Below are positions 1-7,940 of a stretch of 64,000 nt of DNA, in pieces. This stretch comes from Gemmatimonadaceae bacterium. GTDB lineage: Bacteria > Gemmatimonadota > Gemmatimonadetes > Gemmatimonadales > Gemmatimonadaceae. The DNA lies in NCBI GenBank assembly GCA_036280075.1, contig DASURL010000147.1, forward strand, positions 95-64,094, in the 5' to 3' direction. The notes under the pieces were generated by a model that had not been told where the DNA came from, searched no databases, and saw nothing but the letters and a program-made list of their open reading frames with translations. The number at the start of each line of letters is the position of its first letter. The stretch's first letter is position 1. A program made the position numbers and the translations under genes.

Positions 1-111
1 GCCGCCGGCCTCGGCGCGCTCGACACACGGACGGCGCGTGCGCTCGGCGAGGACATCACGGTGATCCGGAAGATGCTGTTCAAGCTGCGGAAATCGCTGC
101 AGCAGCGGTAA
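1..111 (+). CDS. 3' end of a CDS starting upstream of the window (last 36 aa ...GEDITVIRKMLFKLRKSLQQR); function unknown
   Basis: Frame 1 is open from base 1 to TAA at 109-111 with GC3-rich codons, and a long hairpin element follows immediately. The tail only loosely recalls four-helix-bundle (bAvd-like) proteins; I cannot verify this. Confidence 0.35.
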   Translation, partial: AAGLGALDTRTARALGEDITVIRKMLFKLRKSLQQR

Positions 112-112
112 A

Positions 113-228
113 GACCACCGACCGTAGACTCCAGACCAGAGACCACGAGCCATCAGACCGGCTCTCCCGTCAGAGAGAGCCGGTCTGATCGCTGGGAGTC
201 TGTAGCCCCTGGTCCATGGTCGGTGGTC
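113..228. repeat. Intergenic palindromic element, copy A (nested hairpin; likely terminator/REP-like)
   Basis: Outer 11-bp stem GACCACCGACC (113-123) pairs with GGTCGGTGGTC (218-228). Inner perfect 15-bp stem ATCAGACCGGCTCTC (152-166) pairs with GAGAGCCGGTCTGAT (175-189) across an 8-nt loop. It shares GAGCCATCAG...CTGATCGCT with copies at 1856-1936 and 3407-3443. Confidence 0.7.
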
Positions 229-241
229 CTTTCCGGCCCGC

Positions 242-1165
242 CTAGCGCAGTAGCACCGTCGAAGCCAGCACATGCCCCAGCTTGTCCGGATTGCGCATGA
301 TATGGATGGCCTCGATGCGACCATCGGACACCACCACCGACATCGTCGAGATCACCGCGGCGTGATCGAACGAGACCAGCGCCGGTTCGCCGTTCAGATA
401 CCTGATCCGGTGCGAATAGGATGGCGCGAACTTGCGTCGCACGCCGAGGAGGAAGCGCGCGACGTGGTCGCAGCCGCGGATCACGTTGCGTGCGGCCGCT
501 GCGCGGCCACCGCCGTCGCCTGCCAGCACCACGTCGGGGGCGAGCAGTGCCATCACCCCCGCGGCGTCATCGGCGATGACGGCGTCCAGGAAGCGCTCGA
601 GGAGCCGCTCGTGCTCGCCGGGGTCTGTCTGCACGCGCGCGCGGTCCTGCTGCACGCGCGTGCGCGCGCGGCTCACCATCTGGCGCACGGCGTCCGCACT
701 GCGCTCGAGGATGCGCGCGATGTCGGCATAGTCGAAGTCGAAGACGTCGCGCAACAGGAAGGCGGCACGTTCCTCGGGGGCGAGCCGCTCGAGCAGGAGC
801 AGCAGCGCCACCGACAGGTCGGACGAGAGCTCCGCGCGCCGGTCCGGTGACGGCATCGGCGACGGGGCGAACGGACCATCGGTGCGGATCGGCTCGGGGA
901 GCCACGGACCGGGATACGACGCGCGCTCCGTCTTCAGCCGTCGCAGGCGGTCCACCGCCAGCCGCGTCACGACCGTGACGAGCCATGCTTCAGGGACTCG
1001 AATGGCCTCCTGGTCGGCCAGGTGCCAGCGAAGGAGCGCCTCCTGGACCACGTCTTCCGCCTCGTCCACGTCACCGAGCATGCGGTAGGCGAGGCCCAGC
1101 AGTCGCGGGCGATGGGAGACGGCACTGTCGGGCGCTGGCTCACGCATGGGTGTGCGGGTAATCAT
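242..1165 (-). CDS. ECF41/SigJ-type RNA polymerase sigma factor with fused C-terminal SnoaL/NTF2-like domain
   Basis: 307 aa. Sigma-70 region 2 (DVDEAEDVVQEALLRW) and region 4 (ADIARILERSADAVRQMVSRAR) are followed by a ~100-aa extension ending DGRIEAIHIMRNPDKL. No anti-sigma gene is adjacent. An alternative Met lies 6 codons downstream (ATG at 1147). Confidence 0.85.
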   Translation of the reverse strand: MITRTPMREPAPDSAVSHRPRLLGLAYRMLGDVDEAEDVVQEALLRWHLADQEAIRVPEAWLVTVVTRLAVDRLRRLKTERASYPGPWLPEPIRTDGPFAPSPMPSPDRRAELSSDLSVALLLLLERLAPEERAAFLLRDVFDFDYADIARILERSADAVRQMVSRARTRVQQDRARVQTDPGEHERLLERFLDAVIADDAAGVMALLAPDVVLAGDGGGRAAAARNVIRGCDHVARFLLGVRRKFAPSYSHRIRYLNGEPALVSFDHAAVISTMSVVVSDGRIEAIHIMRNPDKLGHVLASTVLLR

Positions 1166-1174
1166 GCAGGCGAA

Positions 1175-1200
1175 GACGGACGAGCCAGCGGGATGTGACA
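1175..1200 (-). promoter_or_regulatory. Putative ECF41-type promoter for the sigma factor gene (autoregulation)
   Basis: The minus strand reads TGTCACA (1200->1194), 15 nt, CGTC (1178->1175). The -10 element lies only ~10 nt upstream of the ATG at 1165, implying a leaderless or near-leaderless mRNA, or use of the Met at 1147. Confidence 0.5.
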
Positions 1201-1222
1201 GGAGCGATATTCAGGAGTGCGT

Positions 1223-1248
1223 TGTCACAGGCGACACGCGCGCACGTC
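1223..1248 (+). promoter_or_regulatory. Putative ECF41-type promoter for the CMD-family gene
   Basis: TGTCACA at 1223-1229, a 15-nt spacer, then CGTC at 1245-1248, 63 nt upstream of the ATG at 1311. It mirrors the minus-strand motif 23 nt away. Confidence 0.6.
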
Positions 1249-1310
1249 TGAACTGGTGAGGCCGGCCCATTGTCCGGCGATGCACTCACGCCAACGGAGA
1301 CGACGTCACG

Positions 1311-1847
1311 ATGACTGAAACTACCATACATCTCGGAACGCAGGCCATGGAAGAGAACATTCTCGAGCAGCCGACGCCCCGCATCAACCTCGCGCACGTC
1401 TCGCCAAGGGCGATGCACGCGCAGCTCGGGATGGAGGCGTACGTCCGGGGATCCAGTCTCGAGCATTCGCTCGTCGAGCTCGTCAAGCTGCGGGCCTCGA
1501 TGATCAACGGCTGCGGCTACTGCGTGGACATGCACACCAAGGACGCCCGCTTCGAGGGGGAAGCGGAGCAGCGCCTGTATGCGGTGTCGGTCTGGCGGGA
1601 AACGCCCTTCTTCAGCCCGCGCGAGCGGGCGGCGCTGGCGTGGACCGATGCGCTGACCGACATCGCACGCACCGGCGTGCCCGACGCGCTGTACGAGGTG
1701 GTGCGTTCGCAGTTCAGCGAGAGCGAGATCGTGGACCTCACGATGGCTGTCGTCACGATCAACGGCTGGAACCGGCTCGCCGTGAGCCTGCGGGCGCCGG
1801 TCGGGGACTACGTGGCGGGGCAGCGGGGAGGTACGACGAAGCCGTAG
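1311..1847 (+). CDS. Carboxymuconolactone decarboxylase (AhpD-like) family protein
   Basis: 178 aa with the CxxC motif NGCGYCVDMH typical of the AhpD/CMD fold. CMD genes are a classical genomic partner of ECF41 sigma factors. Confidence 0.85.
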   Translation: MTETTIHLGTQAMEENILEQPTPRINLAHVSPRAMHAQLGMEAYVRGSSLEHSLVELVKLRASMINGCGYCVDMHTKDARFEGEAEQRLYAVSVWRETPFFSPRERAALAWTDALTDIARTGVPDALYEVVRSQFSESEIVDLTMAVVTINGWNRLAVSLRAPVGDYVAGQRGGTTKP

Positions 1848-1855
1848 TGTCCCTC

Positions 1856-1936
1856 GACCAGGAGCCATCAGTCCGGCTCTCGTCGCAATGAGAGCCGGAC
1901 TGATCGCTCATGGACCATGGTCCGTAGTCTGGAGTC
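1856..1936. repeat. Intergenic palindromic element, copy B
   Basis: Perfect 15-bp stem ATCAGTCCGGCTCTC (1867-1881) pairs with GAGAGCCGGACTGAT (1890-1904) across an 8-nt loop. Relative to copy A, A->T in the left arm is compensated by T->A in the right arm. Flanked by the GGACCATGGTCC palindrome and a CGTAGTCTGGAGTC module. Confidence 0.7.
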
Positions 1937-2041
1937 AATGCTCCCGGACGCGCAGCTGAAAGGGAAGCCGGCCGCCGCCACGGCGCGACCTCGCCAAGCA
2001 CGATCATTGCTACCGAGCACGACTGTCTTCGAGCTCGGTAC

Positions 2042-3361
2042 ATGACACGAATCCTCGCCGTCTTCTGGATCCTCCTTCTCGGCCTCGGCGCCCTCTGGGT
2101 AGCCGCCGATCCGGTGCTCCTGGGCGTGCACCCATTCAAGGAGCTGCAGCAACCGCTCATCCAGGTCACCGGCATCCTCGCCATGGGGGCGATGAGCGTG
2201 GCGATGCTGCTTGCCCTGAGGTCGGTGTCCGTTGAGCCATACGTCGGTGGGCTCGACAAGAGTTACCGCCTGCACAAGTGGCTCGGCGTGACGGCGCTCG
2301 TCATGGCTCTCGCGCACTGGCTGCTCATTTCGGCGCCGGGCTTGTTCGGCGGCGCCACCGAGCGTCGCGGGCGCGGCGCCGCGCGATTCGTGCCACCGGG
2401 TCCGTCGTGGCTGCGCGCGCTGCAGGGGCCGGCGAAAGGTGTCGGCTCATGGGCGCTGTGGGGAACGGTGATTCTCGTGGTGTTGGCGCTGCTGCGCTGG
2501 TTCCCGTACCGCTGGTTCCTGCGCACGCATCGGCTGCTGGCCCTCGTGTTCCTCCTGCTCGTCTTTCACGCCGCGGTGCTGCTGAAGCTCGCGTACTGGA
2601 AGCACAGCGTGGCGTACGTGCTCGCGCTGCTGATGGTGGCGGCGGTGATGGCGGCGCTCTACATCCTCGTGCGACGGGTGGGTCGCACGCGGCAGGCGGT
2701 GGGCGAGATCACGAACGTGACGTCGCACCAGGACGGACAGGTGCTCGGCGTGGAAGTCTGCCTCAAGGACCGATGGCCCGGGCATGAACCAGGGCAGTTC
2801 GCCTTCGCCACCTTCGACGCGGCGGAGGGCCCGCATCCGTTCACCATCTCGTCGCGATGGAACGACGACGGGCGCCTCGTCTTCCTGATCAAGGGTCTCG
2901 GCGACTACACGCGAGCGCTGCCGTTGTCGCTGCGCACGGGATCACTGGTGACGGTGGAGGGGCCCTACGGTCGCTTCAATTTCCGCGGCGCGCGCGAGCG
3001 GCAGATATGGGTGAGCGCCGGCATCGGCATCACGCCCTTCATTTCACGCATGCAGGAGCTGGCGGCGAATCCCGACTTGCGAGCGGTGGATCTATACCAT
3101 GCCACGGCGGACCGCAACACACACGAGGTGAAGCAGCTCCGACGTCTCGCCGCGGCGTCGCGGATCCGGCTGCACGTGTGGGTGGGAAAGGAGCAGGGGC
3201 GGCTCACCGCGCCGAAGATCATGGAGGAGCTCCCCGACTGGCGCTCGGCCGACGTGTGGTTCTGCGGGCCGGTGGTGTTCGGGAAGGAGCTGCGGAAGGA
3301 GTTCGCCCACGCTGGACTGCCCTCGAGCGCGTTCCACCAGGAGCTGTTTCACTTGCGGTGA
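2042..3361 (+). CDS. NOX/FRE-like flavocytochrome: ferric-reductase transmembrane domain fused to an FAD/NAD(P)H-binding FNR-like domain
   Basis: 439 aa with ~6 N-terminal TM helices. His pairs are HKWLGVTALVMALAH (H-x13-H) and HRLLALVFLLLVFH (H-x12-H). FAD motif HPFTIS, NAD(P)H motifs GPYG and SAGIGITPF, and a C-terminal WFCGP. Confidence 0.8.
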   Translation: MTRILAVFWILLLGLGALWVAADPVLLGVHPFKELQQPLIQVTGILAMGAMSVAMLLALRSVSVEPYVGGLDKSYRLHKWLGVTALVMALAHWLLISAPGLFGGATERRGRGAARFVPPGPSWLRALQGPAKGVGSWALWGTVILVVLALLRWFPYRWFLRTHRLLALVFLLLVFHAAVLLKLAYWKHSVAYVLALLMVAAVMAALYILVRRVGRTRQAVGEITNVTSHQDGQVLGVEVCLKDRWPGHEPGQFAFATFDAAEGPHPFTISSRWNDDGRLVFLIKGLGDYTRALPLSLRTGSLVTVEGPYGRFNFRGARERQIWVSAGIGITPFISRMQELAANPDLRAVDLYHATADRNTHEVKQLRRLAAASRIRLHVWVGKEQGRLTAPKIMEELPDWRSADVWFCGPVVFGKELRKEFAHAGLPSSAFHQELFHLR

Positions 3362-3406
3362 GTCGAAGTGACGACCATCGACCCTCGATGAACGACACTC
3401 AACCGT

Positions 3407-3443
3407 GAGCCATCAGACTCGCTCTCCTCGCAGCGAGACCACG
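3407..3443. repeat. Intergenic palindromic element, degenerate copy C
   Basis: GAGCCATCAGAC (3407-3418) is identical to the copy A 5' module. A short CTCGCT/AGCGAG stem (3418-3423/3432-3437) replaces the 15-bp stem. It sits directly after the NOX-like gene stop. Confidence 0.45.
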
Positions 3444-3460
3444 TCCACCGCTCATCGACC

Positions 3461-4288
3461 ATGACGCGCACGCGCTCGAAGACGTTCCCCTTGCTGCTCG
3501 GTGCGGCCCTCATCTGCGCCGCACTGCCCCTCGCCGTTCAGGCTCAGGTCGAGCACGAGCATGGCGACCACGAGCACGAAGGCCTGCACTTCTCCCACCC
3601 GCTGCTCAACGAGTCGCCGTCGCCGGACACCAAGTTCCGCCTCGACTTCCTGTGGGGACGCACCGGCGACGGCGACGAGCGGGTGACGGAGCGCGGCGCG
3701 CGCCTCGAGGGGGAGTTCGAGTTCATGGAGGGGATGAGTGTCGCCGTCACCGTGCCCTGGGTGCGCCGCGAGTCGGCGCTCGGCAACGTGCAGGGAACCG
3801 GGAGCACCGAGCTCTCGCTGAAGGCGTCGAGCCTGCGCTGGGGACGACAGGGTGTGGTGGTGGGGGGCGGCCTCTCGGTCGGCCTTCCCACGGGGAGCGA
3901 CGAGAAGGCAATCGGCAGCAGCCGCTCGGTGGAGCTCGAGCCCTTTGCCGACGTCGGCGTGCAGCTCGGCGCGCTGGAGCTCGTCGCCTTCGGTCACTAC
4001 GGCGCCACCGTGCACAATCCCGTTGGCGTGGAGGCGGAGCACGAGCTGTCCCTGGTCGGCTCGGTGCTCTATCCCGTGAGCCGCCTGGCGGAAGTGCTGA
4101 TGGAGGTGGAGACGGTGCATCCCATCGGCAGCGACGAGTCGGCGACGACGCGCATTGCACCAGGGCTCAAGCTGTATCCGTTTCCCAACCGGCACGTCAT
4201 GGCGGGCGTGAGCGCGCCGATCGCGCTCACGCGCAACGGGCAGCCGGACTCGCACGAGGTCATCGCGTCGATCTTCTACCACTTCTAG
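3461..4288 (+). CDS. Secreted protein, probably an outer-membrane beta-barrel, with a His-rich N-terminus
   Basis: 275 aa. Signal peptide (LLLGAALICAALPLAVQAQ), then HEHGDHEHEGLHFSH. Alternating beta-strand-like pattern and a C-terminal ...SIFYHF ending in Phe, typical of OMPs. It resembles MetA-pathway-type 'transporter' barrels in architecture only. Confidence 0.55.
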   Translation: MTRTRSKTFPLLLGAALICAALPLAVQAQVEHEHGDHEHEGLHFSHPLLNESPSPDTKFRLDFLWGRTGDGDERVTERGARLEGEFEFMEGMSVAVTVPWVRRESALGNVQGTGSTELSLKASSLRWGRQGVVVGGGLSVGLPTGSDEKAIGSSRSVELEPFADVGVQLGALELVAFGHYGATVHNPVGVEAEHELSLVGSVLYPVSRLAEVLMEVETVHPIGSDESATTRIAPGLKLYPFPNRHVMAGVSAPIALTRNGQPDSHEVIASIFYHF

Positions 4289-4434
4289 GGAGCATCCGTC
4301 AGGACGACAGACCGCCCGAGTACGCTGTCAGGTATTACCGGGCGGACGAGCCGGCTGAGTCGGCATAAGATCGGCGCCGTCGGGCTGCAGATGCGCGCGC
4401 CGACAGCTGCGCCGCTTGAACCGAGGAGGCGTCG

Positions 4435-6192
4435 ATGGTCGGCACCGTCGCCGGATGGTCTGGTCTGTCGCAGTCCACAGTCAGCTCACGGCCGCCGGAG
4501 CAGGCCGAGCACCCTCTCTCCTGTTTCATCGAGGGGCATCCTCGGTGGGGCGAGCCGCAGTTGGCGCGGATCGCGTGCGCGCGCGGGGACCGGGCCGCGC
4601 TCGCCGATGGGTTCGCCCTGTATGGTACCGGCGTGCTTCGCTTCGTCGGCGGGCGATACCGGCTCGCGGTCGTCGAGCGCCATCGCGTCTTCCTCGCCGT
4701 GGATCGCCTGGGCACCCTTCCATGGTACGTGTCGTCGCCCGTGAGGGGGGGGATCGTGTTCGCGTCCTCACTCGACGAGCTGGTCGCACATCCGGCCGCG
4801 GCTGGCGGACTCTCGGCGCAAGCCATCGCCGAGTACTTCCACTTTCAGGTGTTGTACGGCCGCCGCACGCCCTACCGTGGCGTGGAGCGGCTCCGTCCTG
4901 GCGAATGCCTGCTGGTCGACGAGCATGGCATCACCAGAGAGGAGCATGGCCGGCTGTCGTACGCCGCACCGAGGCGCTGCTCGCGCAGGCAGGAACGCGA
5001 GCTCCGGGAGGAGCTGCGCCGCGTGCTCCGCGATTCCGTGCAGCGCGAGATCGCCGATGCCGGAGGCCACATCGGCGCCTTCCTCAGCGGCGGACTCGAC
5101 AGCTCCACCGTCGTCGGACTTGCGACGGAGGTGCTCGGCCGATCGGTGGACACCTTCACCGTGCGCTTCGACGTGCCTGGGTACGACGAGAGCGCGTACG
5201 CGACGATCGCGGCGCGACGATTCGGTGCCCGTCAGCACATCCACACCGTCACGCCGAGCGACATGGCGGAGGACCTGGAGCGGATCGCCGAGCTGTTCGA
5301 CGAGCCGTTCGGCAACTCCTCGGCCGCCGGCAGCATCCACTGCGCGAAGCTCGCCCGGCAGCATGGCGTGCACACCATGCTCGCCGGAGACGGTGGTGAC
5401 GAGCTGTTCGGTGGCGGGGAGCTGTTCGTGCTCATGCAGCGCTTCGAGCTCTTTCAGCGGCTGCCGGCGCCTGCACGGACGGCGATCGAACGCGCGCTGG
5501 CGGTGCCCGGTGTGTCCGCCCTGCCATGGCTGCACCGGGCAAGCAGTTACGTTCGGCGCGCGAAGATCCCGATGCCGGCGCGAGCACGCTCCTACGAATA
5601 TCTCGCACCCGCGACCTGGTCTGAAGTCTTCGAGCCGGCGTTCATCGAGGCGATCGATGCCGATGAACTGGCGTCGGTAGTGGAGAACGCGTACGTGGCG
5701 CCCCCGGACGCCGACAGCCTGCAGCGCCATCTGCGCTATGCGCTGCGCACGGTGAGCGCCTCCGACGACCTGCCGAAGGTGCTGCGCACCTGTGCAGCCC
5801 ACGGCGTGGAGGCGCGCTTCCCCCTGCTCGGAGACGACGTGATGTCCTTCGTGGCCAGCGTGCCGTCGAACGTGCTGGTGAAGCACCTTCACGAGCGGGC
5901 CTTCTACCGGGAGGCATTGCGCGACTTTCTCCCGTCGGCCATCCTCTCGAAGCGCAAGCATTGCTTCTCACACCCGCTCGCCGCGTGGATGACCGGCCCG
6001 ACGCCGCTGCGGTACGCCATCGTCGAGGCGCTGCGCAGCTTCGCGAATCGCGGCATCGTCCGTCGCGACCTCCTGTCGCGACTCATTGCCGAGCCCACGC
6101 TCCTGCGGCGTCCGGAGCTGACGGCACTCGTGTGGTACATGGCCGTGCTGGAGCGCTGGCTGTCGGTGCGGAAGCTGGAGTCATGGTCCTGA
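4435..6192 (+). CDS. Asparagine synthetase B-like ATP-dependent amidotransferase homolog lacking the N-terminal catalytic Cys
   Basis: 585 aa with the PP-loop motif AFLSGGLDSS of the AsnB synthetase domain. An N-terminal Ntn-like domain is present but begins MVGTVAG (Val where AsnB has Cys). SD GAGGAGG lies 5 nt upstream of the ATG. Confidence 0.8.
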   Translation: MVGTVAGWSGLSQSTVSSRPPEQAEHPLSCFIEGHPRWGEPQLARIACARGDRAALADGFALYGTGVLRFVGGRYRLAVVERHRVFLAVDRLGTLPWYVSSPVRGGIVFASSLDELVAHPAAAGGLSAQAIAEYFHFQVLYGRRTPYRGVERLRPGECLLVDEHGITREEHGRLSYAAPRRCSRRQERELREELRRVLRDSVQREIADAGGHIGAFLSGGLDSSTVVGLATEVLGRSVDTFTVRFDVPGYDESAYATIAARRFGARQHIHTVTPSDMAEDLERIAELFDEPFGNSSAAGSIHCAKLARQHGVHTMLAGDGGDELFGGGELFVLMQRFELFQRLPAPARTAIERALAVPGVSALPWLHRASSYVRRAKIPMPARARSYEYLAPATWSEVFEPAFIEAIDADELASVVENAYVAPPDADSLQRHLRYALRTVSASDDLPKVLRTCAAHGVEARFPLLGDDVMSFVASVPSNVLVKHLHERAFYREALRDFLPSAILSKRKHCFSHPLAAWMTGPTPLRYAIVEALRSFANRGIVRRDLLSRLIAEPTLLRRPELTALVWYMAVLERWLSVRKLESWS

Positions 6193-6384
6193 GCAGGACC
6201 TGAGCGTCAGTGACGTCCGTCCGAGGCGATCGACGGCCCGGATCTCGCTTCATGGCTGGCACACGACGCAGGCATGCGACCATCACCGGTCAGCTCCTCC
6301 TTCCCCTCGCCGGCGACCCGACGCGCGCAGCCGCCGGAGCACGGCGCCCATGACGAATGACTTCATCCCCCAGGGAAGCAGAAC

Positions 6385-7407
6385 ATGAAGGGAGCAATTC
6401 TCTACGGCCCGCGTGACGTCCGCTACGTGGCGCGCGACGACCCGAAGATCATCGAGCCGACCGACGTCATCCTGCGCCTCTCGGCCACCTGCGTCTGCGG
6501 GTCGGATCTCTGGCCGTACCGTGGTCTCCAGCCGATCAAGGGACCGTCGCCGATGGGCCACGAGTACGTCGGCATCATCGAGGAAGCGGGGAAGTCGGTG
6601 AAGACGGTGAGGAAGGGACAGTTCGTCGTCGGCTCCTTCTTCGCGTCGGACGACACCTGCCCCATCTGCCGGGCAGGCTATCAGTCGCGCTGCGTGAACG
6701 CCGTGCCGATGGGCGCGCTCGGCGCGCAGGCGCCGCTGCTGCGTGTCCCTCTTGCCGACGGCACCCTGGTGGCGACGCCGGAGCTGCCCCCCGACGACAT
6801 GATCCCGAGCCTGCTTGCCGCGTCGGACGTCCTCGGCACAGGCTGGTTCGCCGCGGATGCCGCCGCCGTCGCGCCGGGCAAGACGGTGGCGGTCGTCGGC
6901 GACGGTGCCGTGGGCCTGCTCGGCGTGCTCGCCGCGAAGCAGATGGGCGCCGAGCGCGTCGTGCTGATGAGCCGCAATGCGGACCGGCAGAAGCTCGGCG
7001 GGGAGTTCGGCGCGACGGACGTCATCAGCGAGCGCGGCGACGAAGGCGTCGCCCGGATCAAGGAGCTGACGGACGGCCTCGGCGCGCACAGCGTGATCGA
7101 GGCGGTGGGAACGCAGGAGGCGATGATGCAGGCCATCCGCTCCACGCGCCCCGGTGGGCACATCGGGTTCGTGGGCGTGTCGCACGGCGTGGAGATCCCC
7201 GGCCGCGAGCTGTTCTTCGCCGAGGTGCACCTGCTCGGCGGGCCGGCACCGGTGCGACGCTTCCTTCCCGAGCTGATCGGCCTCATCTGGAACGGGACGA
7301 TCAACCCGGGAAAGGTGTTCGACCTCGCGCTGCCCCTCTCCGAAGTCGCCGAGGGCTACAAGGCGATGGATGAACGGCGCGCGATCAAGACGTTGCTGAT
7401 GCCCTGA
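6385..7407 (+). CDS. Zinc-dependent alcohol dehydrogenase family oxidoreductase
   Basis: 340 aa. Catalytic-Zn motif GHEYVGIIEEAG, Cys cluster CPICRAGYQSRC, Rossmann VAVVGDGAVG. Confidence 0.9.
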   Translation: MKGAILYGPRDVRYVARDDPKIIEPTDVILRLSATCVCGSDLWPYRGLQPIKGPSPMGHEYVGIIEEAGKSVKTVRKGQFVVGSFFASDDTCPICRAGYQSRCVNAVPMGALGAQAPLLRVPLADGTLVATPELPPDDMIPSLLAASDVLGTGWFAADAAAVAPGKTVAVVGDGAVGLLGVLAAKQMGAERVVLMSRNADRQKLGGEFGATDVISERGDEGVARIKELTDGLGAHSVIEAVGTQEAMMQAIRSTRPGGHIGFVGVSHGVEIPGRELFFAEVHLLGGPAPVRRFLPELIGLIWNGTINPGKVFDLALPLSEVAEGYKAMDERRAIKTLLMP

Positions 7408-7939
7408 ACCGCCGCGCCCGTGGCACCGTCGGCAGCAGCGTCACTCCCGCGATGAACAGCACGGCGAGGGCAACGGCGACGATCATCGGCGGGAGGTGGA
7501 GCATCCCGAACAGCGTGATCTTCCCGTAGCTCATCGGCTTGATGAGCGGCGCCTCGATCAGCGTGTAGACGAGGGTGAACAGCAGTGCACCGGCGATGCC
7601 GCCGACCACGGCGGCGATGGCATCGCGGCGTCCTTCACCGACGCCCACCACGCAGGTGCCGGGGCAGTAGCCACCGACGGCGAACCCGGTGCCGAAGATC
7701 AGGCCACCGACCACCACGCCGATCACGTACGTCGGCTTGACGTCGAAGTGCATCGGCACGAAGTAGCTCATCGCATAGGCGACGACCGTGCCGACGGCGA
7801 TCGTCGTCGCCATGAACTTCATGATCGCCACGTTCTCCAGTCGGAGGCTGGCGAGGATCATCCGTGGGCTCGACGCACCGACGCGCTGGATGAGCGCGCC
7901 CATGGCGATGCCGACGAGCAGTGCGTAGAAGAGTGACAT
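7385..7939 (-). CDS. YeeE/YedE (DUF395) sulfur-compound transporter, second half-gene
   Basis: 184 aa, polytopic, with the conserved GGYCPGT motif. Its start lies 1 nt after the stop of the upstream half-gene (TGACATG). Confidence 0.8.
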   Translation of the reverse strand: MSLFYALLVGIAMGALIQRVGASSPRMILASLRLENVAIMKFMATTIAVGTVVAYAMSYFVPMHFDVKPTYVIGVVVGGLIFGTGFAVGGYCPGTCVVGVGEGRRDAIAAVVGGIAGALLFTLVYTLIEAPLIKPMSYGKITLFGMLHLPPMIVAVALAVLFIAGVTLLPTVPRARRFRASATS

Positions 7940-7940
7940 G

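Noticed and set aside
4391-4744. Short plus-strand ORFs (4391-4744 and 4416-5399) upstream of and overlapping the AsnB-like gene, considered as possible precursor or leader peptides.
   Set aside because: They are Arg/Pro/Ser-rich out-of-frame shadows of the AsnB-like CDS with no SD sequence. The strong GAGGAGG SD serves ATG 4435.
3461-6192. A lasso-peptide or other RiPP cluster built around the Cys-less AsnB homolog.
   Set aside because: There is no transglutaminase-like leader peptidase (B protein) or RRE gene. I could not see a plausible short precursor ORF in the flanking spacers. I kept only the enzyme-level observation.
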